A stretch of DNA of 64,000 bases from Octopus vulgaris (GCA_951406725.2 OX597816.1:42532001-42596000); one strand, 5' to 3'. Numbered from the stretch's first letter, positions 1-16,230 are shown. Notes: generated by a model not told the origin, from the letters alone. A program made the numbers and translations.

Positions 1-34
1 CTCTCTATATCCCTCTATATATATACATATATAT

Positions 35-91
<57 letters not shown>

Positions 92-96
92 AATAC

Positions 97-134
<38 letters not shown>

Positions 135-384
135 ATAACTTTGCGGAAACTATGGTACGCTTTGTTTTCTGACTTTATAATCAATTTTTAATCATCTTAT
201 AATCATCTCGTAATAATGACTTTTATGACTTTTATTACTACCTCAGTCACTCTAAATGTATATATATGTCGTTACCTGTCATAAAAAGCTTTTTTTTATT
301 TACAATGTGCATTTCCGTTGATTTTTCATATTTTACCCTTACATTTCCACGTGTATTTTATTTTTTTTTTTTGTAACATATTTC

Positions 385-419
<35 letters not shown>

Positions 420-424
<5 letters not shown>

Positions 425-520
425 GTTATGAGTGTGTTCATTGACCTTTGTCTCAAAAACGCTCCACATGTGATAGTGCAATGGATTGAGATCTGGGGGA
501 TTAGGAAGCCAAATGTTAGG
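420..520 (-). mobile_element. Tc1-like transposase fragment (C-terminal DDE region) between (TA)n tracts
   Basis: Minus-strand translation [32 protein letters not shown] matches the Tc1 WPPNSPDLNPxDYxxW motif. The same family appears at 48160-49110. Confidence 0.75.
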
Positions 521-552
521 GGTATACATATGTATGTATGTGCATATGTATG

Positions 553-648
<96 letters not shown>

Positions 649-1419
649 TATAGATACATGTTTATATATGGGTGTGGGTGCGTGTTTGCATCTCAGCTTG
701 ATCTCCTCACAGTTTGGGCTCCCACGTTGCTTTGTGTACGTCTTCGTAAATTAGCTGTTTGAAGAAAGTGGACGATAAAATATATATCGCATCTATAAAG
801 TAATTCCTGGTTTTGATTTTGATAGACTAAACAGTTCAATGACTGTAACAAGTAAGAGACAAAAATATAAAAAATACTATAAAAAGAAAAGTGTAAAAAA
901 ATAATTCCATTGAGACGGGCACGGAAACAACTCAAATATTTAGTTACGTTGCACCAACGGTAATTAAATACATTTTTGAAATGAAGTGTTTTATATGACC
1001 TTTCAGATTTCCAAAATATTTTCAATTAAAATCTAACTTCAATTCAAATGGAAATAATTAATTAAGAAAATGTGGAAGATAAAGCTACATATTTACGTTC
1101 TAAAAATATTTATTTATTCAGTTCGAGATCCCAAAAGGAATACGGAAATCAGCATAAACAATTTCAAAGATAACATTTGGTTCTTTTCCCCCTAAGTGAA
1201 AATGTACACGCCAGGATAGAGGAATCGCGAATCAACAATAAACACAACGAACAATTAGAATGGGAAGGATCAGTCACACGCACACAAACACATGCGTAAA
1301 CCCATTATCTGCCAAATTCACGTACATGCGTAAATACATATGCATACAAGTTTCAAAGGTGAATGAGCATTTCAAAATTGTTAAATGGTGTCTCACACAC
1401 GCAGCGGCAAACACGTTCT

Positions 1420-1790
1420 CCCTCTCTCTCTCACTCACACACACACACGCACACACAAACACACACACACGCACACACACGCACACACACACACACAAGA
1501 ATCTTCTCTCTCTCTCTCTCTCTGACAGCCCCACTCTCTCTCTCTCTCTCTCTTTCAGTCACCCAACACTCACTACAAAAAGATGCGAGAAAAAGTATAT
1601 AAATAAAATTCACAGTATCTCTCTCTCTCTCTCTCCCTCGCTCGCTTGCTCGCTCACACACACACTCTTTCTTCCTCTCTGTCTCTCTTCCCAACAACAC
1701 ACACCACTCTCTTTCTCTGTCAATCTTTCACACACTCATTCAAAAAAGATGCGAGGTAAAACAAATAAAAAAATATGTACTTTGTTTTAT

Positions 1791-1832
<42 letters not shown>

Positions 1833-1950
1833 CACACACATAAACACTCACAGCAGCACCCATCTTCTCTCTCTTTTTCTTTCTCCCTCTCTCACACATA
1901 CACACAACACGCACTTTCTCTCTCGCACCCCTCATCAACACATACACACG
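1420..1950. repeat. Compound (CT)n/(CA)n microsatellite region
   Basis: Alternating CT and CA runs read directly; these produce the SLSLS/THTHT pseudo-ORFs. Confidence 0.9.
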
Positions 1951-2546
1951 TCCTTGTCAATACTTTCTATTTCATTTTATGCTGAAATCAAACGAAATGT
2001 ACATTTCTAGTCACAGAAATAAATAGATATATAATCTTTACGGAATTTACCGAACGCCGTATGGTAACAGCTGATCTCGTTGTTTGCATGTACTGTTTCA
2101 GACTGTGGATGTTGTAGGAGTTTTCTCTGAGAATGAGGACAGACACACACATACACACACACCAGAGTAACGGTAACAATCATTTTCTGATCGTTACTTC
2201 GCAAATAGTTACCTCCCTTGTCCACAATATTCACTAAAGGAAGTTTTTCTGAGCTTCTGACACTATATACCCCATCACACCATAGTATTCCGTAAGTGAA
2301 AATTCTAAAGAGTGTAGAACCTTATGTGGAACATAAGTGATACATCTGCTAAACATGAACAAAATTGGATGAAAGAGACTGATTTTTTACGTGGGATCAA
2401 GCTAATGGTCGGCCACACACACAAACATTTGCATATACGTATGTATGTATGTATGTATGTATTTATGTATGTATGCGTGCATGTATATATCTATATATAT
2501 ATGATATATATACATAAATATATATATATATATATATAAATTCTCT

Positions 2547-2620
<74 letters not shown>

Positions 2621-2630
2621 TATCTTTCTA

Positions 2631-2671
<41 letters not shown>

Positions 2672-2672
2672 G

Positions 2673-2715
<43 letters not shown>

Positions 2716-3629
2716 TATATATATAAATTCTCTTACTATATATATATATATATAGATAGATAGATAGATAGATAGATAGACGGAGAGAGATAAAGAGAGG
2801 AGGGAGACAGATAGAGAATGAAAGATAAATGGATATATAGGTATTGTATTTTACTCGGTATTATGAGTGGCGTTTTCAAGTTCAAATTTGTTCTTCGGTC
2901 TATTGAATGAACTTCTACGCATTTGAATGTGTATATGTGTTGAGAAGGAGAGAGAGACAGGCTAGTTACAAATCGCAAATGCACTAACCGGGCGTCCTTT
3001 GGAGAGTAGATTATGTATACAGAACCTATTGTTACTTATGTCTTACGGTGTCACATATGTTCCATGCAGTTCCATGTGACAATCTTCAAGTATTTTTTCG
3101 GAATTGTTGTCTACGTAAGGTACATTTTTGATAGATGTTCAATATCATCAACATTTTTGTCTTCGAATGTCGTTAACTCTTCAAACATTAATTACTGCAC
3201 TTTCACGTGTTAGGGAACAAAGAGATGGTACTTACTCATATTAGAATGTATAAAATTTTGAAATACGTGCCATATGCAGTATTTTCCTACTCTTTCACTT
3301 ACACCGAAGTGTAATGTATGTATACACACACACACACTCACTCACTCACTCACAAACACAGACGCATATATACATATATATGTATACGTATGTGTATAAG
3401 TGACGAGTGGGTGTGTGGTGATCTTTATATATATATATGTGTGTGTATGTGTATGTGTCTGCAACGATTTCTTGAGAGATCGATATAGCAGGTGGTAAAT
3501 TGATAATGGAGGTACAAGCATATTCCATGTTTCAAAATGAGAAATCGGTACATGCTCATATACAGTATATAGACAACACAATCACATTTATATAAACATA
3601 CATAAATAAATACACTTAGACATACAATC

Positions 3630-4370
<741 letters not shown>

Positions 4371-5182
4371 AATATGCAAGTGTGTATGTATGCACTTCAC
4401 AGTGATTCAATTAGTACATAATTGCTTATACAAACGCTTTGTAGTTTATGATTATGTGATTAACGCACGAAAGCAGATAACGGTGAGTAACATATGAAGC
4501 TATCTCTGTTATATTATTCCTTCATTACATATATGTCCCCAATGATTTTCGTATTCCTTCTAAGACCTTTTCTGAGAACCCAGGCAGGTAGAAATAAACT
4601 TTTAGTTGCATTTTCCTAAGGTAGACATGTATATGATTTCATACAGGGACACATGTATAAAGATACGTATGGATATGGTCATATGTATATGTGACTATAC
4701 GACGGACGATACATGGGGAGGAAAAGGATGAAGATAAAGCAGATGTATGTACTGGGAGACCAATGAAAGTGATCAAATGTGAGTAAATGTAGGGATCATT
4801 AATTACTTTTCTTTTAAACTCGAAAAATACTAAAGTTCGTATAAAAAAAACAAGCCCAGGTTCCTTTCAGGAAGCGTTATGTCTGGTGTTAGAGAAGAGT
4901 TGGTTAATGCAGGAAGGATTGTTGGCGAAGGAAACATGTTGAGCGAAAGTCTAGCCGTTACCAATTTGGATATCTTTGAGTTTCACCACGAAACAATGAA
5001 ACAGAAGGCAGAGAGTTTGCTAAGATGTAATTATGTGCAAATGAACGTGATTAACGAGACTTAAATGGGTTTAGCGTTCTTACTGGCCGGTGATGAGACG
5101 ATTTAGTCTTTCTTCGATATAATCTTAAGACAGATACTGTAGTAAATTTGTCTATTACATTGTATTTACATTAAGTATTATA

Positions 5183-6356
5183 TACCGGATTCAGTCAAAA
5201 GAGTTTCCGTATTTCAAGCTTTAAATAATAGTTCAAACCAACTAAGTACGATAAGCATTTATTATGTTAGCTGTTGTTATCGTTGCTCCAGAAGCTAATT
5301 TCAAGCTTATAACATTTGGCTGGTTTAGAAACAAATATACTTCGTGCACCCGTTTTCAATACACACACATTATTGAACATTTATCCGTGCTGTAAATGAG
5401 CCCTGGCTAAGAAAAGATGGTAGTCTAATGATGCAAGGGCTGGACAGTAAGCAGGGGAGGCAGCATTTCCAGCCCTTTAAAATCCTTAACTTTGCTGTTG
5501 GTCACATTAGCAGAGTGTGCTGAGCTGCTATTCTCACAGCGCAGAAGCGCACGTTTCGATCTAACAATACTGAATAGCGGGCTTTCGAATCATCATACAC
5601 TCGTTGTAGTTGTTGAGAATAAATATTAGCATTCGCAGCACGATCATCTGGGAGAGATCAAAATCCAACAAACTCTCCCCATTACATCTAACTCAAGATA
5701 TGAACTTTTGCTCAAAGCACCGTATGCTTCACAGCAGGTTTTGTAGCCTGGCCGGGACGAAACTACTGATTTCTGTTATTTGGACTACGAATATATTTCC
5801 ATTTTTGAACCCCAATTAAAATTCGACAGTAAAAACCGGCATCTCGAGGATCTGCCAGCAGCTGCTTGCAAATGTTCACTTGTTGTTGACCTTAGTCGTC
5901 ATTGGTCACTTTACGAGTTTGTTGGTGTCGATTGTTCGTGTTTTGTGAAGGAGTAAGTTCTGCCGAAAATGTATGAGTGCTTGTGCCGGGCTCTTTTTCT
6001 ACCATTTCATGAAAGTGTCATCGTCTATATTAGATTGTTTCCCTGAAATTGGTTTGTCTTTGACGATGGTGTAAATTTCTTGGAACGCCTAGTTTCGTCC
6101 CACATGTTCATTGACAGTTCCTGGGCATTCCATGTCATTACACTCAGTCATTTTTCCACAGGTAGCAAAAATGTCTTCAACTGCGCTCATTACCAACGTC
6201 ATAATATAAATTAGTGTTTAGATATTATTGATGAAAATAAATATTCGACACTACAGCAACGATTGAACAAATTGTATCAAAATAATTATATAACATAGAA
6301 ATACAAGTTGTAAAGTTCTCTGTGAGAATCTCCAGAGCCTTTGAGCCAAGCCGGTA
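5183..6356 (-). mobile_element. Degenerate mariner-like DNA transposon with terminal inverted repeats
   Basis: Imperfect TIRs TA|TACCGGATTCAGTCAAAA and TTTGAGCCAAGCCGGTA|TA with TA flanks. Minus strand ~5900-6200 encodes decayed mariner N-terminal HTH-like peptides (VNE.., SGKQSNIDDDT, EKEPGTSTHTFSAELTPSQ). Confidence 0.6.
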
Positions 6357-6654
6357 TACATACATGTATATTAGCTATAATTACTTTCAATAGTTAGGTT
6401 TTAAATTTATAAAAATGATAAATATCATTTTATTTATTTTTCATTTATTTTATAGAAGTATTTATTTTATATATATTTATCAGTGTTTATACAAAGCGCC
6501 GAACTTTTTTATTCTCTACGTGTTTATTTCTACATATTCCTTTCAGTTGAAGAGAGTAGACAAGAAACGTCAAAATTACACACCTGTCTTCATCCTTGTT
6601 TATACATAAATTTCAAATATATAAATATATGTGTATATATACCATGGTGTATGC

Positions 6655-6685
<31 letters not shown>

Positions 6686-6716
6686 AGAATGTATGTATAT
6701 TTATATATATATATTT

Positions 6717-6751
<35 letters not shown>

Positions 6752-6956
6752 GTGAGAATTTACAAAATACAAAAGACGAAGATGGGTGTGTAAACAACAA
6801 TCAGACATATTAGTTTAACAGTCGGGAAGTGACAAAGTCAATCACGTTTCGAGCCTATGCTCTATGACCCAGAGGAACACAGAAATACACAGGGAGAGAA
6901 AATAGTAAAATGTTTTGTGGCGATCGATCAATCATGTCGAATATATATATATATGG

Positions 6957-7013
<57 letters not shown>

Positions 7014-7039
7014 CTGTATATATAATTATTATCCAAGGG

Positions 7040-7224
7040 AAAGGCAAAGGCCGATACAGCTTGGCAACTGTGATGTCGTAACTCATTTCGACAGCTGAGT
7101 AAACTGGAGCAACGTGAAATAAAGCGTCTTGCTCAAGAACAGATCACGCAGCCCGGTCCGGGATTAGAACTCACAACCTCACGATCGCAAGCTCGACGCT
7201 CTAACCACTGAGCCCATGCGCCTA
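7040..7224 (-). mobile_element. tRNA-derived SINE (5' part)
   Basis: Reverse complement reads GGCGCATGGGCTCAGTGGTTAGAGCG (A box) ... GAGTTCTAATCCCG (B box), then CTTGAGCAAGACGCTTTATTTCACGTTGCTCCAG...CAGCTG, a SINE-body-like segment. Confidence 0.75.
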
Positions 7225-7571
7225 CACTATAAATATATGTATATACATGTATATGTATATGTGTGTGTCTGTGTGTGCGTGTCTGTTTGTGTGTGTGTGT
7301 ATGTGTGTCTATCTGCCTGTCTCTTTGAAACCCCACCATCGCTTGACAACCGATGTTGCTGAATCTATGTCCCCGTGGCTTAGCTGTTTGCCAAAACAAT
7401 CTAATGAAATAAGTAATAAGCTTAAAAAGAATAAATCCTTGGGCCTACTGTTTCGACTAATATCGGTGCTATAGCGTTGCCGGAGTCGCATTACCGAATC
7501 CAGTAAAACAATAAAGACCTATGCCAATTGTTATCCCGAGCAACGCCGGTAAATCTGCTGGTATATATATA

Positions 7572-7959
7572 TGTGGTAAGTAGCTTGTTTACCAACCACA
7601 TGGCTCCGGGTTCAGTCCCACTGTGTGCACCTTGGGCAAGTATCTTCTACTATAGCCTCGGGCCGACCAAAGCCTTGTGAGTGGATTTGGTAGACGGAAA
7701 CTGAAAGACGCCCGTCGTATATATGTATATATATGCGTGTCTGTGTTTGTGTGTCTGTGTTTGTCTCCCTAGCATTGCTTGACAACCGATGCTAGTGTGT
7801 TTATGTCCCCGTTACTTAGCGGTTCGGCAAAAGAGACCGATAGAATAAGTACTGGGCTTACAAAATAATAAGTCCCGGGGTCGAGTTGCTTGATTAAAGG
7901 CGGTGTTCCAGCATGGCCGCAGTCAAATGACTGAAACAAGTAAAAGAGTAAAAGAGTAT
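7572..7959 (+). mobile_element. tRNA-derived SINE, family A (internal TA/TG microsatellite, AAAAGAGT tail)
   Basis: Head GTGGTAAGTAGCTTG...GGTTCAGTCCCAC, body CCTTGGGCAAG...GTGGATTTGGTAGACGGAAACTGAAAG, tail GACTGAAACAAGTAAAAGAGTAAAAGAG. Four homologous copies occur elsewhere in the window. Confidence 0.9.
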
Positions 7960-8525
7960 ATATATATGGAGAGAGGGAGAGAGAGAAAATTGTTTTGAGT
8001 GAACATTGTGTATGTTTAGACCGCTATTTAATAATGACTGCACATGTTTCAATACGACATAGATTCACATACATACATGATGTAAATTGAAGCAACGGGT
8101 TTCCTATACAATGCGACCCACTTGTATCTCCTCAGGTGATATACAATAGTTGTCCTCGTAAGTAAACCATTGAGTGTGATTAAACATATTGCTAAATATA
8201 CACATCCTTACTAATCATAGAATTGGGAGTATACCGCAATATTACGTGCTATTTGGTTATTCTAAGGGTTAACGACTCCATTTTGTACGTTCCTAACAGA
8301 ATGCACCTTCGCTATATTTATAAATGTAATTCATGATATTTGCATCGTTAGTGACGTCCTCTACCCATATATGCATGTATGCATGTATGTATGTATGTAT
8401 GTATGTATGTATGTATGTATGTATGTATGTATGTATGTATGTGTATATATATATGTATGTATGTATATATTTATATAGATGTATATTATATATATATATA
8501 TATATTATATCGATATATATACATG

Positions 8526-8571
<46 letters not shown>

Positions 8572-8984
8572 GCACATATACTTACATATGTACAGCTACA
8601 TACATATACACACACACACGAATACGTATATAGTTAAATTTTGATAAAAGAAGTCATTGGCTGTGGTAACAACCATTTACACATACGACAAGAGACTTAT
8701 AGGCGTCGGGACAGATATAGGCATATATTTATTTTACATACAATAAAATGTGCGTGCCCAAGTCTTAACGTCTTATATAGAATACATACTCACACACACA
8801 TATACACATGTGTGTGTGTGTTTATGTACATACATGTGTGCGTGTATTCTGCTTATTGAGTGAGTGTATACGTGTAGGTATCTAATCTAAATCTTTATGT
8901 GTAGATTTTTACATATGCATATATGCAGACATACAGAATTTAATGCATATGTATGTATACATAAATACATATGTACATATACAA

Positions 8985-9046
<62 letters not shown>

Positions 9047-10192
9047 TTATGTATGTGTATACGGACGTATATATACGTATGTACATACATGTATGACGTA
9101 TATGAAAGAGTGCGAAATCAATTTTCTTCCGTATATTAGCAATGCAATTATATGTGAGGTTTATTTGATTTGGAAGTGCTCTATAAAATGTGTATTTGAC
9201 TTTTGAATACCCTTGAGGGAACGGATCCAAATATATAGAATCTTTGTCTCTGACATGTCAGGAACAAGTTATTAAATAGCTGCCAAATACAGACCCTCGA
9301 CGCTTCAATTTATTCTCACTTCCGATTAAATTACATTTTGATTTTTGCATAATAGTTTCAGAGATCTAACGTCTAGCCGAACATTAATTAATATTTTCAA
9401 AGTGACTTCTATAGCGAAAATACTAAAGTTATAATCCTTCAGGATAGATAATGCATATTTGCGATGGGTATTATGATGTGTGAAATATATTTTATACTAA
9501 GAATAGAGAGAAAGAAGTGTCTGTATTCAAACTGAATTCAGTGTAATATGTTAAAGGAGATACAGAAAAGATGTTAGCAAAATGTATTTTCTCTTTAATT
9601 GAAAGTATGAAGTAAATATATAAAAAGTTAAATATTAATGTAAGAATTAATTTGATAAACCCCATGCAAGTACTGCTGTTGATGACGTCTGAAAATGATG
9701 ATGCGTGTCTGGTTTGTGGCGGTGGTACCAGTAAAGATGAGGGTGTTGATGATAGAGACCACGACAACGACGATCATGACGATAATGACGATGACTGTGA
9801 GGGCCATGATGATGATGATGATATCATTAACAAGCTCAGATAATTATGTTTGAGATGGTAAATGAATGGAATGCCTGGTGTGTGTCTTGTGGTTACCCAC
9901 TCCTTAAAAAATGGCGAATAGGCCTGGGTATATATATATATATTAAAAAAAAAACAGTGCTGACGAATACGCAGATGATGATAATGAAATTGTGCTTTTT
10001 AATTTACATTTACATCATCATCATCATTGTCGTCGTCGTTGTCGTCGTCGTTATCTTCAAATGTAGAATCTTGAAAATTATTGAAAATATTTTTTTACAA
10101 ACCTACCGTGTTCATGAATGATAAATATAAAAGCAACCAGCATCTAAGGTCTTATAAAGATGATGATATTGATTGCGGAGTAACTATTATAA

Positions 10193-10569
10193 TTCTTCTT
10201 CTTCTTCTTCTTCTTCTTCTTCTTCTTCTTCTTCTTCTTCTTCTTCTTCTTCTTCTTCTCCTTCTTCTTCTTCTTCTTCTTCTTCTTCTTCTCCTCCTCC
10301 TTCTCCTTCTTCTTCTTCTTCTTCTTCTTCTTCTTCTTCTTCTCCTTCTTCTTCTTCTTCTTCGTCTTCTTCTTCTTCCTCGTCTTCTTCTTCTTCTTCT
10401 TCTTCTTCTTCTTCTTCTTCTTCTTCTTCTTCTTCCTCGTCTTCTTCTTCTTCGCCGTCTTCTTCTTCATCCTCGTCTTCTTCTTCTTCTTCCACTTATT
10501 AAAATTATTATTATTATCATTAGTAGTAGTAGTAGTAGTAGTAGTAGTCGTAGCAGTAGTAGTAGTAGT

Positions 10570-10641
<72 letters not shown>

Positions 10642-10655
10642 TGTAGTAGTAGTGA
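10193..10655. repeat. Compound trinucleotide array (CTT)n then (AGT)n/(AGC)n
   Basis: Read directly; source of the poly-L/S/E/K pseudo-ORFs. Confidence 0.95.
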
Positions 10656-10721
10656 TCGAGTTCCTCCAGTAGACTTCGGCGCATTTTCTATGCAATGTGT
10701 TTATTTAAGTCAGGATTCTTC

Positions 10722-10920
10722 ACGCATGGCTCAATAGTTAGAGCGTTCGGCTCACAGCAACCGGAGAAATGAATTGCGATTTCACTGGTCGTGGAGATGG
10801 GAGACCGGCTTGCATGGGCGACTGCTGGCTTTCCATGAGTACCCTTGCCGTGACTTGTGCCTCTGAGGGGAAACTTTCTAGTTGCAATCTCAGGTCATTC
10901 ACAACGAAAGTGGGTCTTTA
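10722..10920 (+). mobile_element. Degenerate tRNA-headed SINE
   Basis: CGCATGGCTCAATAGTTAGAGCGTTCGGCTC is an A-box-like head, followed by a GC-richer body. Confidence 0.45.
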
Positions 10921-11275
10921 CACGTATACCTTATTGCCATTAATTTTAGCTTTATAGTTTTCGAGTGCCACGATTTAAAAAAAATAATTGAATGTAATTG
11001 AATGCTGCTAAGTTTTAATGGTTCTTTTCTGTGATCATGCGTTCTTTATATGCATAGACATTTTGAAATTTTCTTATGAAGCGACAAGGTTGCCATTGCC
11101 ACAGTTTAGAATGATTCCCAGCTTTATATATATTGAGTGCATGATTGGCCTATGTTGTTTTGCTTGCTTGTAGAAGAGGCATTCTCGGTGAAGCATAGGT
11201 AGAGTGATAGATCGTGTCGGCCTGCGACTGAACCTGGGTGGATGTGTCGGCAAGTAAGTAGCTAATGTATATATA

Positions 11276-12040
<765 letters not shown>

Positions 12041-12774
12041 ATAAAATATAAAAAAGAGTGCGAGTTAAGCGGAACACTGAGGGAAACAAGACCCGAGAGT
12101 TAGTGAGAAACATTTGCATTCAGATATGCGGTGACATTGCAATCAAACAGGAAGTTAGCGATCCAAGAGGATAATAGATAATAACAGGCCTACATGGACC
12201 AAATCTTTGTTGATGGCTAGAAGGACAACATTCTCTTGATCGCATCTTTCGAATTCATGCGTGACCTGTTCAATGAATGTTAGACACACACAAGTATAGT
12301 AATGTGCCAAGTGTGATTTCTGCCCAAAAACAAACAAAAAAGGGAATTTATTGAAAATCTGCTGAACGAATGCAGAATGGTAGACTAAATTGAAATATTG
12401 CTATCTCTGTGCCTTCCTCTACATAAATCTATTTAATGTACTCTATTATATGCAAGGCTTTGGTAAATGTATCATTGATATAAATCTGCTACTGGTATCG
12501 TGAATGTAATTGTTTGAATGATGGACTACAATAATGTATACATGTAGCCAAGTACCTGCAGATGATGAAAAGAAATTCATGTACAATATAGAATACGTAA
12601 TATTTACTGTATGTTTATTCATAACAAAACCTAGCCATTGAAGCCTAAATATGCGTCACCTATAACGCAGATGGAAAACTGGAAAACAGGAAATCAACAA
12701 AGTGTTGAAAAAAGGAAACAAAAAAAAAAACACATTAGGACTAACTTTTCAGTGAAATACTAGAAAAATATATA

Positions 12775-13173
12775 CTCTTACTCTTTTACTCTTGTACTTG
12801 TTTCAGTCATTTGACTGCGACCATGCTGGAGCACCGCCTTTGATCGAGCAACTCGACCCCGGGACTTATTCTTTTATAAGCCCAGTACTTATTCTATCGG
12901 TTTCTTTTGCCGAACCGCTAAGTTACGGGGACATAAACACACCAGCATCGGCTGTCAAGCATTGCTATGGGGACAAACATAGACACGCATACATATATAT
13001 ACATATATACGACGGGCTTCTTTCAGTTTCCGTCTACCAAATCCACTCACAAGGCTTTGGTCGGCCCGACGCTATAATAGAAGACTCTTGCCCAAGGTGC
13101 TACGCAGTGGGACTGAACCCGGAACAATGTGGTTGGTAAACAAGCTACTTAGCACACAGCCACGCCTGCGCCT
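12775..13173 (-). mobile_element. SINE family A, full length
   Basis: Reverse complement of the 7572 element, from the (TACTCTT) tail to the head ...CACAGCCACGCCTGCGCCT. Confidence 0.9.
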
Positions 13174-13293
13174 ATGATTAGATTTATTTAATATTTGTAA
13201 TTCAATGGCAAAAATTCGAATATTTTAATCTATGAGAAGTATCGTGTACTTCCGTATCATAAATATCTTTAATATTTATCATATTTATTATTT

Positions 13294-13690
13294 AGGCGCA
13301 TTGGAGTGGTTGTGTGGTGAGTAGCTTGCTTACCAACCACACAGTTCCGTGTTCATTCCCACTGCGTGGCACCTTGGGCAAGTGACCTCTACTAGAGCCT
13401 TCAGCCGACCAAAGTTTTGTGTGTGGATTTGGTAGACGGAAACTGAAAGAAGCCCGTCGTATGAATGTATATATATATATGTGTGTGTGTGTGTGTCTGT
13501 ATTTGTCTCCCCAACATCGCTTGACAACCGATGCTGGTGTGTTCACGTCCCCGTAACTTAGCGGTTCGGCAAAAGAGACGGACAGAATAATTACTAGGCT
13601 TCCAACGAATAAGTCCTAGGGTTGATTTGCTCGGCTAAATGTGGTGCTCCAGCATGGCCACAGTCAAATGACTGAAACAAGTAAAAGATA
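13294..13690 (+). mobile_element. SINE family A, full length
   Basis: AGGCGCATTGGAGTGGTTGTGTGGTGAGTAGC head through ...GACTGAAACAAGTAAAAGA tail. Confidence 0.9.
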
Positions 13691-14353
13691 AATGACAAGA
13701 AAGATAAAATATAAATGATATTTAGACAGTGTGAAAAATATGGGAGCTTGACGTTTAGACAACTACTGCAGTTTTTATCATACTAATTATCATTCTCTCA
13801 ACATTTACATATAAAACTATTTTTCGTAGTGCCACCACCCACATTCTTCGTATGCTTCAACGTATTGAATTTATTTGGGTAAGAATTCCACGGCAGAGAT
13901 ATGGTGAAATATATTTCAGTCTGTTAAGATGACAAGTTAAATATTACGTTAGACTTACACTCTAATTCCTGAATAAAGAGATCTCCATCAGAAGTTTCGA
14001 TTCTGTAAATCGAGAAATAAATCAACGTTAAAGCTTCGTCTCTTCATTAATGAATTATATGAGGTTATCTGATTGCATTATAGAAATCTTTGATCGGAAA
14101 TTCACGTCAAATATTTACTATACGTAAGACGGGCCATAAAGTTCATTAATGAAGGTAAAATCAAATCTTTGCACACGAAATCACACACCGAATATTAAAC
14201 ACAAACTGCCACACACATGACCACACAAGAATACTAACATGCACACATACATACTTGTGTATATATGTGTGTGTGTGTGTGGGCGCATGTGTGCATGTAT
14301 GTGTGTATGTGTGATATAAGATATGCATATAGACGTGTATATGAATATACATA

Positions 14354-14421
<68 letters not shown>

Positions 14422-14593
14422 TTATATATGTATATATATATATGTATATGTTTAATCTACATGTTTATATATATATATATATATACAGAGAGAGAGAGAG
14501 AGAGAGAGATTATATATATATATATTTATATATATAATCTCTCTATATATATGTATATATCTATCTATCTATCTATCTATCTCTCTCTCTATA

Positions 14594-14631
<38 letters not shown>

Positions 14632-15789
14632 ATTGAATATGCTTAAACGTCTATATGTGTCTGATCGAGAAAAGAAAATGTAGAGAGAAAAGCAGGTATA
14701 AAATTGATTTTTCTAACATGTTCGTGATAATGACTTGACGTTCTTATATATTAGGAACTCTTCACATCAATAATATGATAGCCAATTTTGACATTTAAAG
14801 GAAAATTTAGCGTGATAAATGAAGATCATACGATATTTTTTCATAAGAAATCGAACAGAAAAGACCAATAAAACGCTTGACTTAACTAAATGACTATTAC
14901 AAATACATGAAAAGCAAAAGATATTATCACGTTGAGAATTATGACTAATAGTCACAATTAAAAAATGTATATTATGCAGCGATACTTCATTAAATGCTCG
15001 TAATTTGCAGAATGAAATTTTTACCTCCATATGAATGTTAGATCAGCAGCTACAATTATATTTAAGGTGTCACATGTCAGCTACATAGCATCTACGATGC
15101 CACAACAGCAGTCATTAAGCAGTATGACAGTTGCAATTTTTCTCCAGTTTTCTCAAGATCAGTCGTATCATTCAATCACATTATGTCAATTATCTAATGG
15201 AAATTCCTGTGTTGAGAGAAAACTGACACACATATTTGAATTGTTGTTCGGCCCCTCACTTTTGCTAACGTGGCGGTTTATTAGATTGGGTATAGTTTCA
15301 AATACCATAAATCGTCGTTTTCGCTTTGATGCTCTTCTGTTGGTGTTCAAATCTTACCGAAAACATTTCAATATAATATAGTTTAAATATATTTATGTAC
15401 TCATCTAGATTGTTTTCATCTCTCTCTCTCAATCTCTCTCTCTCTCACTCTCTCTCTCTCTCTCTCTCTCTCCATCTATGTCGCTCGCTCTGTTTTTCAT
15501 TAGACAATATTTTACCCTATTCTGTAAATACTTAGGTACCACATTTCGCTTGATAAGAATGATATAGTGTTTAATAATACTGGTAATAGTGCTATGAATG
15601 ATACAATGGCTTGAATAATGACCTGTGTTAACCTCCTTGTATATTGCATTATTATCAGTACTGAAGTAAAATAAACGAAAACGACTCTAAAGCTTGATAA
15701 ACGGAGTCTTGTGACAGGAACCGAGTCAATGAAATTTCGCCTTAATGACAATCATATCGCATTTGCTCTATGTGTTCTGAATAGTCGAT

Positions 15790-16230
15790 GCAATTCACAA
15801 GGCCAAGAAAGATAAGTTTGCTTCATTTTTATGAACTGAAATATATGAGAATAAAGTTTGGGAACGCGAGATATATAGCTCTACTGGCAGGTGTTGACAC
15901 GTTTATGGCATCTAAATGCATTGGTCACTTAAATATATCACTGATGTTCTTGGAATTCAATGTGAAATCTACACGGGCAGTGAAACTTTAAAGATTATTT
16001 CCGCATTGACGTTGATGCAGAGGTTACATCTGTAGGAGATGAATACAGACCCGGTTTTTATTGGTGTAACAAAAAAATTCTTAACTGTTTAAAGGGTATC
16101 ACCGTGGAAAATGCTTTACAAGCTTCGGTGCCCAAATCACTGTGACTCGGTGATGAACGTTTAACTATGTAATTGGAGCGTAGATCAGTGTTGCTGGGCA
16201 GACAGTAAGACCCATCCCTGCAGACAACGA
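15790..16230 (+). pseudogene. Highly decayed pogo/Tigger-like (CENP-B-type) transposase remnant
   Basis: ARYIALLAGVDTFMASKCIG resembles the CENP-B HTH end (..F.AS.GW). GDE...GFYW and ERLT...ISVAGQTVRP resemble DDE_1 motifs. The frame is broken by shifts and stops. Confidence 0.4.

Noticed and set aside
7040-7224. tRNA gene
   Set aside because: A and B boxes are present, but there is no proper acceptor stem and the sequence continues into a SINE body.
10081-10737. Poly-L/S/E/K ORFs, and likewise the YIYI, THTH, SIYL and poly-I ORFs throughout
   Set aside because: These are translations of microsatellites, not genes.
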